This document shows, in pieces, positions 29,563 to 37,190 of a stretch of DNA of 64,000 nucleotides. The DNA is from Planctomycetota bacterium. Lineage in GTDB: Bacteria > Planctomycetota > PLA2 > JAEUHO01. A program made the position numbers and the translations under genes. Location of the stretch: assembly GCA_965222115.1 (NCBI GenBank), contig CBDCTJ010000007.1, positions 640,001 to 704,000 of the forward strand, given 5' to 3'. How positions within the stretch are numbered: the stretch's first letter is position 1; each line of letters begins with the position of its first letter. The notes under the pieces are model-generated. The model was not told where the DNA came from and did no database searches. It saw only the letters and a list, made by a program, of their open reading frames with translations.

Positions 29563-29599
29563 TGTGTGGATTTTGCCCGGACACCGTATCGCCGTATCG
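29563..29599 (+). repeat. Dispersed repeat copy 6 with 3' tandem duplication
   Basis: TGTGTGGATTTTGCCCGGACA followed by (CCGTATCG)x2. Confidence 0.92.
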
Positions 29600-29616
29600 A
29601 CCCGCGCATTCTTTCC

Positions 29617-29645
29617 TGCGTCTTTTTGGGCCCCTCTCCGTCTCC
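29617..29645 (+). promoter_or_regulatory. Putative ECF (SigZ-like) promoter of arsM
   Basis: TGCGTC-N14-TCCGTCTCC; same motif and spacing as upstream of sigZ. Confidence 0.7.
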
Positions 29646-29677
29646 CCGATAGCAACACCTACCTTGGAGACTGCCCA

Positions 29678-30412
29678 ATGGCTAAGCGAACTAACGAAGA
29701 TGTATGGAACACAGTGCAAAAGGCGTATGGTGCAATTGCCAGTTCAGGTGCCGGGTGCTGTGCATCCGGAAGCTGTGGTGCTTCCGCGCGCTCCGGTCCC
29801 ATCATTGCGCATGCCGGAAGCTCCCTTGGGAGTGGAGATCCGATTGCTCATGCCGAGCTACAAGCAGGCGAGCGTGTCGTCGATCTTGGCAGTGGTCGCG
29901 GCGAGGATAGCCTTGCGGCGGCCGCACGCGTGGGTCCAAGCGGCTCCGTGATTGGCGTCGATATGACGTCGGAAATGGTGGCGCGTGCGCGCTCGGAAGC
30001 GCATGTGCGGGGTGTTGATCACGTCGAGTTTCTCAAGGGGCAGATCGAAGCGGTGCCCGTCGAAGACGAGTGGGCGGATGTCGTCATCTCCAACTGCGTG
30101 TTCAACCTCTCGCCCGACAAGGAGCGTGCGCTTCGCGAGGCCCTACGCATCTTGCGACCCGGCGGTCGATTGGTCGTCTCGGATATGGTTCTGAATGAAT
30201 ATGCTGTGCAGTCTCTGCTCGACGATGCCGCTCTGGTTGGATGCCTTGCGGGCGCTGCCACAGTTTCGCAGTTACGCCAACTTCTTGAGCGCGTGGGATT
30301 CGTTGACATCCGCATCCACGTTCAGACACTGGCAAGCGACGACGACCTGAGCGACTACGGCACAGCGCTCGTTCAGGCACGCCGGCCAGACGAAGGCGCC
30401 CGCAAGGCGTAA
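29678..30412 (+). CDS. arsM: Arsenite methyltransferase-like protein
   Basis: V...YG.IA...CC...C; GERVVDLGSG.G.D; GVDMT.EM..RAR; DVVISNCV.NLSPDK; GCLAGA; GGAG RBS. Confidence 0.8.
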   Translation: MAKRTNEDVWNTVQKAYGAIASSGAGCCASGSCGASARSGPIIAHAGSSLGSGDPIAHAELQAGERVVDLGSGRGEDSLAAAARVGPSGSVIGVDMTSEMVARARSEAHVRGVDHVEFLKGQIEAVPVEDEWADVVISNCVFNLSPDKERALREALRILRPGGRLVVSDMVLNEYAVQSLLDDAALVGCLAGAATVSQLRQLLERVGFVDIRIHVQTLASDDDLSDYGTALVQARRPDEGARKA

Positions 30413-30547
30413 CTCGCAACACGCGACGTAAATCCATCGGCGCGCCGACGAGCACGCCCGATCCCTCTTCTCTCTTGGCGGTGCCGTTTCGCGGCACCGT
30501 GTCTCCCCTTGACTACATAGCCGCATGAGGTGGCCTGGAGCATAGTT

Positions 30548-32149
30548 ATGCGCGTTCCCAATTTGATTCTTATGTCTCTTCTCTTGTTCTCAAGCGCCTG
30601 CGGTGGTGGTGGCGGCGGAGGTGGTGATGCGAACCTCTTGCAAGGTGTATTCGGAGCCCCCCCTGTGGCCGGAATCACCTACGAATCGACAAATTCTCAT
30701 GGAACAACGGACGTAAACGGCGGCTTCCGGTACCGCGACGGTGACGTTGTCCTGTTTCGCATCGGCGGCACAGTTCTTGGTAGTTCCCTCGGCCAACCCA
30801 CCGTGACGTCTGCAGATTTGGTTCCAGGTCTCACCATACCGCGCCGTAACGTCGACCTTGCTCGCTTGGGTGAGCCGTCGCCCGCCGCGGAGTTTGTCAA
30901 TAGGCTCGTGTTCCTTCAGACGCTCGATGCCGATGGTGATCTGTCCAATGGCATTCTGATTCCAGATGTTGCGATCAGCATCCTAGTGCAAGAGGTACAG
31001 AATCAGTTCAAGCGCTCCACGGCGCAGTTCGAACAAAATCTCCCCTTTCGTCGCGTTCTCCATCTCGCTGCGGAGCAAGGTGCCTGGGGAGGCACGCGCC
31101 CACCCATTGTTCACGACACGAAGGCACTGGACGCCTATCTTCGACACGCCGATGAAGAGTCTCAGTTTGAACATGTCGCGCGCGAAGAGGGAGATCTCGA
31201 CGCCAACGGCGTGTTTGATGAAGTCACGTCAATTGCGTGGACCGATCAACGGACGCACGTGTATACCATTGACGCCGATAACAACGGCGAGCCGGAAGCG
31301 ATTCAAACTCGCCAATTTACAGCGGGTGGATTGCTGCTGACGGACGATTGGGAAGTGACGGATCATGACGCAGCCGGGCGCTTGGTGCTACTCGAGCGCA
31401 CACCCTCCGGAGACGTTGTGCGTCGGACCGTGCATGTAGGCGCAAACGTCGAAAGGGTCATTCACAATCAGTTAGACTCAATGGGACTTGCCGTGCGTTC
31501 GCAGATAGACACCGACGGCGATGGCACCATCGATGAGACAATCGATATTACGAGGGATGAAGAGGGACGCATTGTCCGAGAAGAGCTTGATGAAGGCGTC
31601 GATGGTCGCATCGATCGTGTCGATACACACGGCTACGACGAGGAGGGTCGCGTCGAGACCTTTGCGACCCGGTTCACTGCGCCTGGCGGCATCGAGTTCT
31701 CGGGTACCCATCGATACGACGAGGCGGGCAGGGAGGTGCTCGCGACACTTGTTCAGGATAATGAAATCCGAAGAACGGAGACGATCTACGACGATGTGAG
31801 TCATATCGTCACGAAGCGCACGACCAGAACCGTTAGCGGTATGACGTTCAAGTCGATTGAGATCGAGCATTACGATGCGCAGGGGCGAATCATTCGACGC
31901 GTGCGCGATCACGATGGAGACGGCGCGATTGATATGGTCGTCAACTCTGTCTACGACGGCCTAATCCAGTCCGAGGAGACGGATTTTGGAAACAACGGTT
32001 CGCTTGAACGGCGGACGATCTACATACGAAATGAAGCGGGCAACCTCATCCGCGTCCGGTTCGACCAAGACGCAGATGGCCGTACCGACGCCATGCGGCG
32101 ATTCACTTATGTGAGTTCGACGGCGTTCCAGGCCAGTCAGGTCGATTAG
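30548..32149 (+). CDS. Lipoprotein with DxDxDG motifs and YD/RHS-like repeats
   Basis: Signal LLLFSSAC followed by poly-Gly; LQTLDADGD..NGI; repeated D.DGDG.ID.....YD..GR units. Confidence 0.8.
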   Translation: MRVPNLILMSLLLFSSACGGGGGGGGDANLLQGVFGAPPVAGITYESTNSHGTTDVNGGFRYRDGDVVLFRIGGTVLGSSLGQPTVTSADLVPGLTIPRRNVDLARLGEPSPAAEFVNRLVFLQTLDADGDLSNGILIPDVAISILVQEVQNQFKRSTAQFEQNLPFRRVLHLAAEQGAWGGTRPPIVHDTKALDAYLRHADEESQFEHVAREEGDLDANGVFDEVTSIAWTDQRTHVYTIDADNNGEPEAIQTRQFTAGGLLLTDDWEVTDHDAAGRLVLLERTPSGDVVRRTVHVGANVERVIHNQLDSMGLAVRSQIDTDGDGTIDETIDITRDEEGRIVREELDEGVDGRIDRVDTHGYDEEGRVETFATRFTAPGGIEFSGTHRYDEAGREVLATLVQDNEIRRTETIYDDVSHIVTKRTTRTVSGMTFKSIEIEHYDAQGRIIRRVRDHDGDGAIDMVVNSVYDGLIQSEETDFGNNGSLERRTIYIRNEAGNLIRVRFDQDADGRTDAMRRFTYVSSTAFQASQVD

Positions 32150-32186
32150 CCTCCAAGTCCCTCAAGTCCAATTTCTCGAAACAGTT

Positions 32187-32215
32187 TGCGTCCTTCCCAG
32201 GGTCTGTCCGTCTCC
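32187..32215 (+). promoter_or_regulatory. Putative autoregulated ECF promoter of sigZ
   Basis: TGCGTC-N14-TCCGTCTCC. Confidence 0.7.
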
Positions 32216-32266
32216 GGAGAAGGAGGCGCTCCTCATCGGGGCATACTAGAAAGCCGGAGTCGAACC

Positions 32267-32809
32267 ATGCAATCCACAGAAGCCATATGGACGGAGTATC
32301 ACGAGCGTTTGGTGGCGTTTATTGCCCGGCGCGTGGGCGCAACCGACGCTGAAGACATTGCGCATGACGTGTTCCTGAAGATTCACGCGCGACTGGGGAC
32401 GCTGAACGATGAGGCACGCGTGCGGCCTTGGCTGTACCAAATTGCGCGCAACGCCATCATCGATCACTACCGCACGCGGCGCCCCAACGTGAGCCTGCCG
32501 GAATGGCTGGAGGCCTCCGAACCCACCGAGAACGAGGCCGTGACCGAAGAGTTGTCTGATTGTCTCGTTTCCTTGATCGAACGCTTGCCTGAAAAGTACC
32601 GCACTGCGCTTAGGCGCTTCGAAATGGACGGAGTAGCCCATCGCGACATTGCGCAGCGAGAAGAGATTTCCATATCGGGCGCCAAGTCGCGCGTACAGCG
32701 GGGTCGTCATATGTTGCGCAAGTTGCTCGAAGACTGCTGCGCGATCGAACTCGATCGTAGGGGCCAGCCGATTGACGTCGATCGCAAGAATGAGTGTGGC
32801 GGTTGTTAG
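32267..32809 (+). CDS. sigZ: ECF sigma factor, SigZ-like, with Cys-rich tail
   Basis: IW.EY..RL..FI..RV...AEDI..DVFLKIH...WLYQIARNAIIDHYR...GAKSRVQRGR..L...L.DCC.IE.DRRG...CGGC. Confidence 0.88.
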   Translation: MQSTEAIWTEYHERLVAFIARRVGATDAEDIAHDVFLKIHARLGTLNDEARVRPWLYQIARNAIIDHYRTRRPNVSLPEWLEASEPTENEAVTEELSDCLVSLIERLPEKYRTALRRFEMDGVAHRDIAQREEISISGAKSRVQRGRHMLRKLLEDCCAIELDRRGQPIDVDRKNECGGC

Positions 32810-32866
32810 CAAGCTGTCTTTCGTCGCGTTGGGCTGAGTACCCTCCGCTACTGCTATACCACATCC

Positions 32867-33535
32867 ATGACGCTTCACGATCGCAATACGGTGTTGGACA
32901 TGGACTACGACCTACGAGGGGACGACTGGAAGCCAACGCCGCACGGCGTGCTCATGGGCGAGGCGATCGCGGACTATCCCGCGTTGTTCGCTGGGCGAGA
33001 TGTGCTTGAGCTGGGTGGCGGCGTGGGGAATCACACGGTGCCGATGGTGCGTTTGGGCGCCCGCCGAGTGGTCACGACAGAGATCCTCAAAGAACGCAGC
33101 GATACCACGCGCCGCAGCGTGGAGCGCAACTGCCCCGATTCGAACGTGGTCGAGTACCGGGTTGCCGATTGGCTTCACACCGAAGGCACGTTTGATGTAG
33201 TAGTGGCGAATCCGCCCTTTGCGAAGAGCGGCAAGCGCAACCGCCGGTACTTCATCGATTCGCTCATCCTCGATGCCCACAAGCGGTTGCGCCCAGGTGG
33301 GGATTTGATCTTCGTCCAGTCCTCCATGGCCGACATCAAGAAGACAAGGCGCAGGTTGGTGGAGAACGGGTTCGACGTAGAGATCCTGCGTACGAGCGAA
33401 GGCCCGTTTCGCGACTACTACTTTGAAGACGAGTCGTTTATGGAAGAAATCAAGTCTGTGGATGGCGGCTTTGAAGTTCGCGACGGCACGTACTTTGAGA
33501 CGCTCTTCGTTGCGCGTGGACGATTGACGAGTTAG
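32867..33535 (+). CDS. Class I SAM methyltransferase (NPPF type)
   Basis: [24 protein letters not shown]. Confidence 0.85.
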   Translation: MTLHDRNTVLDMDYDLRGDDWKPTPHGVLMGEAIADYPALFAGRDVLELGGGVGNHTVPMVRLGARRVVTTEILKERSDTTRRSVERNCPDSNVVEYRVADWLHTEGTFDVVVANPPFAKSGKRNRRYFIDSLILDAHKRLRPGGDLIFVQSSMADIKKTRRRLVENGFDVEILRTSEGPFRDYYFEDESFMEEIKSVDGGFEVRDGTYFETLFVARGRLTS

Positions 33536-34410
33536 TTCTTCGCTACCGCTGACGTGACGTCGAACTCGCCCTTCGTTCGCACGTAAATCGTGCATTCACC
33601 GGCCGAGCAATCAACGTGATGCGTCACGTTGCCCTCGGAGCCAAAATAGCCGCCGGCCTTGAGTGTTTTCGTGTCGCTACTGTCTGCTGCCGTCTCCCCC
33701 TTTACATTGTGGGCAAGTTCACCGTTAATCACCACGCCATGGAGTGGCGAACCACGACTGATCACCGAACCCTTGAACCCGGCGGGAAACTTAACAAGGG
33801 CACGTCGCAGCTGTTCGTCATTTGGGTTGCCCGGCAGCGTCGCCAACGTAGGCCCGCCTGTCGATGCTTTGATGCCGGGAATGTCGCGCCACGGCATATC
33901 GGAAGCGTTCATCCAGATAGGCTGCTCGTCGAACTTAAACGCTTCCTTTGAAGGGAGCACGAGATACGGGCCCTTCTCGATTTCAATGTAGGCAACGTTG
34001 TTGACGCCCTTTACCGCCGTGATGTGAATATCGCCGGCGGGTTGCGTCCAAAACGATCCTGTAGGTAGCCATGTTTCGTCGGCCTTGGGATCGTCATTGT
34101 GAACCAGGCCGCTAATGACAACACCGCGATAGGTAACGGGGTGGATATGCGGCGGTGACGAAAAGCCATCGATGAACTTGACGAGGAAACCACACGGCAC
34201 CGCGGCACCACGATCACCCCAGAGGGTGCCCGCCTTCGGACTCTTGTCGCCGCGCAGGGGATTGAGCGCTTGCCAATCAACGTCCGATGCCAGTACGGTG
34301 CGCACGCTTGTAGGAATCTTCTTCGTAGGGTCCAACAACTGCATGGCCAAGAAGGCACCAAGTATGATGGCGAAGCTGATCAGAACAAGCATCAGTTGTT
34401 TGCGGGACAT
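33532..34410 (-). CDS. DUF4437 (cupin) domain protein
   Basis: [18 protein letters not shown]...[31 protein letters not shown]. Confidence 0.88.
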   Translation of the reverse strand: MSRKQLMLVLISFAIILGAFLAMQLLDPTKKIPTSVRTVLASDVDWQALNPLRGDKSPKAGTLWGDRGAAVPCGFLVKFIDGFSSPPHIHPVTYRGVVISGLVHNDDPKADETWLPTGSFWTQPAGDIHITAVKGVNNVAYIEIEKGPYLVLPSKEAFKFDEQPIWMNASDMPWRDIPGIKASTGGPTLATLPGNPNDEQLRRALVKFPAGFKGSVISRGSPLHGVVINGELAHNVKGETAADSSDTKTLKAGGYFGSEGNVTHHVDCSAGECTIYVRTKGEFDVTSAVAKN

Positions 34411-34660
34411 GGGGCCTCCTTCAGGTTGAGCGCGGGCTCATTCTCCGTGTGGATGGGCAGACCTGCGTGCAAATCCGCGAGAGGCGCTACGGGATCTTCA
34501 GTCCGTGTTGTTTCGTTTGGCTCAGCGCGTTCGGCTTCGAATCGCGCGCGCATGAATCACCCATCGCGTAGGACACGCGCACGACGGTGAGCGACTCCCG
34601 CTCCCGCGAGTACAGTTGTTTGTTGCTGACCTGCCCCCGAAGAGTGTGCCACTTGGTAAC

Positions 34661-35494
34661 TCACGAATTTGAGGGTATGAGAGCCCCCGGAAAGGTCCAG
34701 GCTCGTGGCGCAGGCGGCTTGCCACCTAGCGAACTATGCGGACGGAAGTGATTGTACTCCAAGCGCCAGTTCTCAATCAAGACCTGGGCCTCGGTAAGCG
34801 TGTAATAGATCTCGCCGTTGAGATGCTCATCACGAAGTCTCCCATTGAATGACTCGTTGTAGCCGTTCTCCCAAGGACTACCCGGCTCGATGAATAACGT
34901 GGTCGCGCCTACGGCGCTGATCCACTTGCGTACCGCCTTGGCTGTAAATTCGCTTCCATTATCGGAGCGAATGAAGCCTGGCACACCACGCTCCGTCATC
35001 AAGTCGGCAAGGCATTCCAGCACATCACTCGAACAAAGCCGCCTGGCGACACGAATCGCTAAGCACTCCCGTGTGTATTCATCGACTACCGTCAGCATGC
35101 GAATCGCACGGCCATCATGAGTTCGATCCATCACGAAATCGTAGCTCCAGACGTGGTTTCGACGCTTCGGACGAAGTCGGATACACGAACCGTCTCCGAG
35201 CCACAGCCGCCCTCGCTTTCTTTGCTTCTGAGGCACTTTGAGGCCCTCCTGGCGCCAGATTCGCTCCACTCGTTTGTGATTGACCTTCCAGCCTTCGCGG
35301 CAAAGCAACTCGGTGATTCGCCGATAGCCATAGCGACCGAACTGAATCGCTAGCTCGATGATTCTCGCTCGAAGCCTCTTTTGATATGCCGAGTCCTTCG
35401 GTGGATTCTGCTGCGTCGATCTCGCCTGCCCAAGCACCTTGCAGGCTCGACGCTCTGAAACCCCCAACGTCTTCTGGATCTGTTTCACAGCCAT
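34661..35494 (-). CDS. IS3 transposase OrfB (DDE)
   Basis: YGYRRI, WSYDF, VVDEYTRE, SDNGSEF, PGSPWENGYNESFNG, YN..RPHSSL; reached by a -1 frameshift from OrfA. Confidence 0.95.
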   Translation of the reverse strand: MAVKQIQKTLGVSERRACKVLGQARSTQQNPPKDSAYQKRLRARIIELAIQFGRYGYRRITELLCREGWKVNHKRVERIWRQEGLKVPQKQRKRGRLWLGDGSCIRLRPKRRNHVWSYDFVMDRTHDGRAIRMLTVVDEYTRECLAIRVARRLCSSDVLECLADLMTERGVPGFIRSDNGSEFTAKAVRKWISAVGATTLFIEPGSPWENGYNESFNGRLRDEHLNGEIYYTLTEAQVLIENWRLEYNHFRPHSSLGGKPPAPRAWTFPGALIPSNS

Positions 35495-35511
35495 TCGTCG
35501 ACGATGAGGGC

Positions 35512-35790
35512 TTAGAAGTTTCCCCGTGCGGCTTCCTTCAAAATCGCGTTGTCTAGGTGGGATTCGGCCAGCAAGCGCTTGAGACGAGCGTTCTCGCGCT
35601 CCATCTCCTTCAGACGCTTGGCTTGATCCACCCGAAGGCCACCGTATTCCTTACGCCACCGGTAGTACGTGTTGGGTGTCACGCCCAGCTGCTTGCAGAT
35701 CAACCCTACTTTCGTGCCTTTGGCCAGCTCGATCTCTGCCTGCCTCAGCATCCCAATGATCTGTTCCGTCGAGTACCGCTTCCTTGCCAT
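35512..35790 (-). CDS. IS3 transposase OrfA (HTH)
   Basis: RYSTEQII..LR...TYYRWRKEYGG....AKRLKE.E.ENARLKRLLA. Confidence 0.95.
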   Translation of the reverse strand: MARKRYSTEQIIGMLRQAEIELAKGTKVGLICKQLGVTPNTYYRWRKEYGGLRVDQAKRLKEMERENARLKRLLAESHLDNAILKEAARGNF

Positions 35791-35854
35791 CTGCTAACTC
35801 CTGATCGAAAAAGTGTATCCGACCAAGTGGCACGCTCTGAGGGGGGCAGGTCAG

Positions 35855-36652
35855 TTAACCATGCGCTGGTCGTCGTACTTGCTCGTTCTGTTGCTGTCGT
35901 TTGTCGGATTGAATGCGCTATTTGCGACGGTCTATATGGCGCTGGGGCCCGACGCCATCGCCGGCAGTGCAAACACCGGTGTCGACGGTACGTGGTGGCC
36001 GTGTTTCTTCATGAGTGTGCACACCATGACGGGCGTGGGGTATGGAAACGTGGTTCCGCATGGCTTCGCGGCCAACTTGTTTATGACCTTTGAATCGTTC
36101 CTTGGCTTCGTGTTCGTTGCGTTGGCCACCGGCGTCGTGTTTGCGCGCTTTAGTCGTCCCCAAGCCGCCATCAAGTTCAGCCGGCAGGCCATCGTGGCGC
36201 CCTACCGCGAGGGGGCGGGGTTCATGTTTCGGTTGGCCCATGCGCGCAAGAACGAACTAATCAATCTCCGGGCAACAGTGTTGATGTCGCTCATGGAAGA
36301 ACGCGATGGCGTGATGAAGCGCAACTTCCATCAACTCTCGCTGGAACGTGATCGGGTGGCATTGTTCCCGTTGTCATGGACCGTGGTGCATCCCATGGAT
36401 CAGGACAGCCCCTTCGCGGGCCTTACCCACGAGGAACTCCGTGCGCAAGACGTTGAGATACTGGTCATGATCGAAGGGGTGGACGAGACCTTCTCGCAGC
36501 CCGTCTATGCCCGCACGTCTTATAAGGCCGATCAAATCGTGTGGGGTGCTAAGTTCTCGAATGTGTTCCGGCGCACGTCGTTGGGCACGCCCATGGGTGT
36601 GGACGTGAGTGCGATCCATGATCATGAGCCGGCAGTGGTGGCGACGCCGTAG
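35855..36652 (+). CDS. KirBac-like inward-rectifier K+ channel, N-terminus apparently lost at the IS boundary
   Basis: LTMRW, TM1, FFMSVHTMTGVGYG, TM2, FARFSRP.A.I.FS..A, F.FR...R.N.L, LSWTVVHP....SP, G.DETFSQ.V.AR.SY. Confidence 0.85.
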   Translation, partial: LTMRWSSYLLVLLLSFVGLNALFATVYMALGPDAIAGSANTGVDGTWWPCFFMSVHTMTGVGYGNVVPHGFAANLFMTFESFLGFVFVALATGVVFARFSRPQAAIKFSRQAIVAPYREGAGFMFRLAHARKNELINLRATVLMSLMEERDGVMKRNFHQLSLERDRVALFPLSWTVVHPMDQDSPFAGLTHEELRAQDVEILVMIEGVDETFSQPVYARTSYKADQIVWGAKFSNVFRRTSLGTPMGVDVSAIHDHEPAVVATP

Positions 36653-36770
36653 CGCTAAAGCGTCTTGCTCATGGCCCTGGCGGTAGTTGCCTTGAATCAG
36701 GGAACGCACCGCACATACACATCCCACGGCCATGGATGTGTGCACGTCCCCTTATTCGATTCGCGAGTCG

Positions 36771-37016
36771 TTACTTAAAAACGCCGAGCACCTTCAAGAG
36801 GAAGATAAGTAAAACAGCGCCAGCGACTGCAATAACCCAGCGCATCACGTCACCGGAGGCGACACCAAGCTTCGGTGCGAGCCAAAAGCCAAGTTGGGAA
36901 CCAATGATGCCGACGATGATATTGGCGATGAGGCCCATCTGAGCGTCGGTTTTCATGAGGATGCTTCCAAGCCATCCGATGACGCCGCCAATAACGAGTG
37001 CGATGATGATGTCCAT
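36771..37016 (-). CDS. GlsB/YeaQ/YmgE (transglycosylase-associated) membrane protein
   Basis: IGGVIGWLGS.LMK...MG...NIIVGIIGS.LG...AV.GAVLLI. Confidence 0.9.
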   Translation of the reverse strand: MDIIIALVIGGVIGWLGSILMKTDAQMGLIANIIVGIIGSQLGFWLAPKLGVASGDVMRWVIAVAGAVLLIFLLKVLGVFK

Positions 37017-37190
37017 AGCTGCTCCAAGTACGAGAATCACGCGTATGCTAGTCTCGCCGCGTCCGTGACGACTTGCCCTGCGGCGCCCGAATCGTCCAAT
37101 AGGTGGCGCATGAGTGAAGTTTTTATAATTGGGCCTCTGCGGCGCTTGGCGGGACTTGAGCTCCGGCTCCTGGGGTGAGGTGCCTTGGCG

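Larger units (their letters stand above)
34627..35853 (-). mobile_element. IS3-family insertion sequence (IS407-like)
   Basis: Terminal inverted repeats TGACCTGCCCCC...GTGCCACTTGGT at both ends (TG...CA); orfA/orfB with a GGGAAAC slippery site at 35518-35524; no target duplication visible. Confidence 0.95.

Noticed and set aside
1841-29599. CRISPR array or integron attC interpretation of the 30-bp repeat
   Set aside because: Spacing ranges from ~170 bp to ~10 kb, there are no cas genes and no RYYYAAC/GTTRRRY hairpin structure, and the integrase remnant looks phage-like rather than IntI-like.
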